From NCBI GenBank assembly GCA_002269645.1, contig NIVC01000346.1:237081-301080 (forward strand): a stretch of DNA of 64,000 nucleotides, written 5' to 3'. Positions 62,101 through 64,000 of the stretch are shown one piece after another (position 1 is the stretch's first letter; the number at the start of each line of letters is the position of its first letter). This stretch comes from Macrostomum lignano (lineage: Eukaryota). A program made the position numbers and the translations under genes. Below the pieces are notes generated by a model. That model made no database searches. It was not told where the DNA came from and saw only the letters and a program-made list of their open reading frames with translations.

Positions 62101-64000
62101 CAGTGCTAAACGGAGTGGGCGGGTACTTTTGTACCGACTGGATTACAAGGTAATTTACGGAAGGCTAGACATTAAAGTGTTTACATATCCGGAATTACGA
62201 AGCTCTGATATTCTGGTATTAGAAGCACTTATGTTGCAACTTTACTCATTTTAGGCAATTCGCAGCGCGAGAATCGCAGTTGAAGGCACAGGAAAGCATA
62301 TTGAGCTAGATGGTAGCCGTGGAGGTTGCATTATCGGTGGCTTATCGCCGGCTACAACCTATAATATTCGTCTCGCTGCCTTTAACAGCCGCGGGGTCGG
62401 TTCTGGCCCCTGGACCGAAGCAACGACCTGGGAGGCGCCGCCCATTGGCCTCGCTGAAATAACAGCAACGCCAAATGCTGACGGTCGCGAGCTTTTACTT
62501 AACTGGCTTTCGCCCCGTCGTCCAAATGGTTTTGTGAAATTGTATCGGCTGAAGCATATGCTGACTGTTAACAGTAGTGTATTATTATACGCTGGTCGTT
62601 CGACAGGTTTTCGATGGCGTCCATTAGAGCCGTACACAGTGTACAATGTAGCTCTGGAAGCGTGCACACAAGCTGGTTGCGTCACTGGCCCCACAGAAAG
62701 CCTCCGCACCGCTGAGGCACGGCCCGAGGCTCAGTCGCCACCGCAAGTCGCAGCCATTATTGTCCTGCTAACGTCAGTGGTACTATTGAACATCCAGCTA
62801 CCAAAAATTCAACAATGCACAGCAAATCTGCCACACCTTAGCTACTTATGGGTCTTTAATGAATGTTAACCTGGCCACCAGATACTCGATTACTGTCCGC
62901 GTGAACTGGTCGGCACCGGCTGAGCCAAATGGAAAAATTCTAATCTACCGCATCCTGCGCCGCAACGCTCAGAAACTAGCGAAATGTTCGATACTGTCGG
63001 AAGTTTAAATTTGTCAAAGGCTGATAATGGCCGGTCAATTTTCTCCGCAACTGACTCGAGTGCAAAAGCTTGGACCAAATACTCCTATGCCATTGAGGCT
63101 TGCAACTCTGTGGCCTGCATTAGGAGTTCCTTTGTAGAGTTGGTCACTCCAGAGACGACCCCAGGTCCTCCAGATGTGCCAGGCGTTGCACCATTGCTTC
63201 CAATGTATTTGGTTATTTCTTGGAATCCACCCGTCCAGTCTAATGGTCGAATTATAAAATACAACATTTGGAGAAACGGATCATTTGTCTCAAGTATCAA
63301 AGATAAACCAAAATAGTTCTACAATGTCGTGGACAGATAAAGGCACAGATCTTAGACCTTTCACATTGTACGCCTACTCAGTAGTGGCTTGCAACTCTGC
63401 CGCCGACCCAGCACCTCCTTGTGGCCCTGCATCACCGCCTGGCATCGGTCGCACTCCAGAGGCACCACCAATAGGAGTGAAAGCGCCTCAGATTTTCTCT
63501 GTGACAGCTAATGCCGTGCACTTATCCTGGTTGCCGCCCGCGATTCAAAATGGTGTTATTACTAGGTAATGTTTCAGCTATAAAGTTTTTGCAGAAAGTA
63601 CAAAATTTTATACTGTAATTTTGCTCATCCTAACTATTTTCAATTGCAGATACATGCTAAAACAAAACGAAGTTCCTCTTTTTACAAACTTACCGGCTGA
63701 CACAAACACCACAGCAGTAGTCGGCTTAATGCCGTTCGCGCAGTACGCATTTCGCTTGGCTGCCTGCACTTCATGCAGGCTGCACTGACAGTCCAGTCAC
63801 AACTGTGCGCACTTCAGAAGCAGCACCTGCCGATCTGGAAGCACCAATTCCGACTACTCTTGACTCCAGTCGTATAGCGATTGAATGGCAACCACCAAAA
63901 CGACCAAACGGAGTTGTGACATCATACAGACTGTTGCGCAACAGTCAAAAGTTTACGGAGGTTTCCTCAACGACACTTCAGGTAGTTGACGCTGGCTTGT
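41110..64000 (+). CDS. USH2A: Usherin ortholog, at least 25 exons, 3' end beyond the window
   Basis: Signal peptide, LamG-like, laminin N-terminal (CRCPSSHPR, RLNPAAHPLEFANDGD), 10 laminin-EGF, FN3 x4, 2 LamG, FN3 series, CCG-rich Cys region, further FN3. Exons: 41110-41507, 41777-42075, 42349-42546, 42680-43278, 43688-44741, 45195-45791, 45875-46889, 47018-47382, 47481-47671, 50719-51024, 51803-52430, 52882-53241, 53742-54262, 54800-55210, 55380-55527, 55608-56102, 56185-56331, 56443-56734, 56816-58208, 58320-59066, 59162-59722, 59920-60296, 60812-62149, 62255-63565, 63650-end. Junction phases are compatible apart from up to six single-base frameshifts. Confidence 0.95.
48092..50338 (+). mobile_element. 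Long solo LTR (2247 bp) in usherin intron 9
   Basis: Inverted termini TGATGTAACC...GGTTACATCA and a 4-bp TSD TAAT on both sides. Repetitive pyrimidine-rich U3-like region with an internal promoter. No coding domains. Confidence 0.75.
48956..49036 (+). promoter_or_regulatory. Pol II promoter inside the solo LTR
   Basis: TGACGTCA (48956-48963), CCAAT (48976-48980) and TATAAAA (49030-49036) in canonical order. Downstream donor G|GTAAGT at 49389. Confidence 0.7.

Overview
Animal genomic DNA with short AT-rich GT-AG introns, GC-richer exons and many minisatellites. The style suggests an invertebrate such as the flatworm Macrostomum, which is inference only. The last ~23 kb (41110 to the end) is an usherin (USH2A) ortholog with at least 25 exons that runs off the window and carries a 2.2-kb solo LTR in one intron. 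The first ~41 kb holds a small secreted cationic-peptide precursor gene, a two-exon DEG/ENaC channel gene with a premature TGA, a coiled-coil gene, relic ankyrin and F-type-lectin-like genes, and many mobile elements. These are a decayed mariner plus a MITE, three CORE-type SINEs, a hAT MITE, RTE and I-group LINE fragments, and a full-length Ty3/gypsy element with identical LTRs. The most unusual object is a 4.64-kb element (19271-23910) with ~280-330-bp TIRs, AGTAGT termini and a near 6-bp TSD, all Polinton/Maverick-like. It encodes no polymerase, integrase or capsid. Instead it carries a tandem-PC4 ssDNA-binding gene, whose first 37 nt are amplified about 25 times, and a Cys-rich zinc-finger gene.
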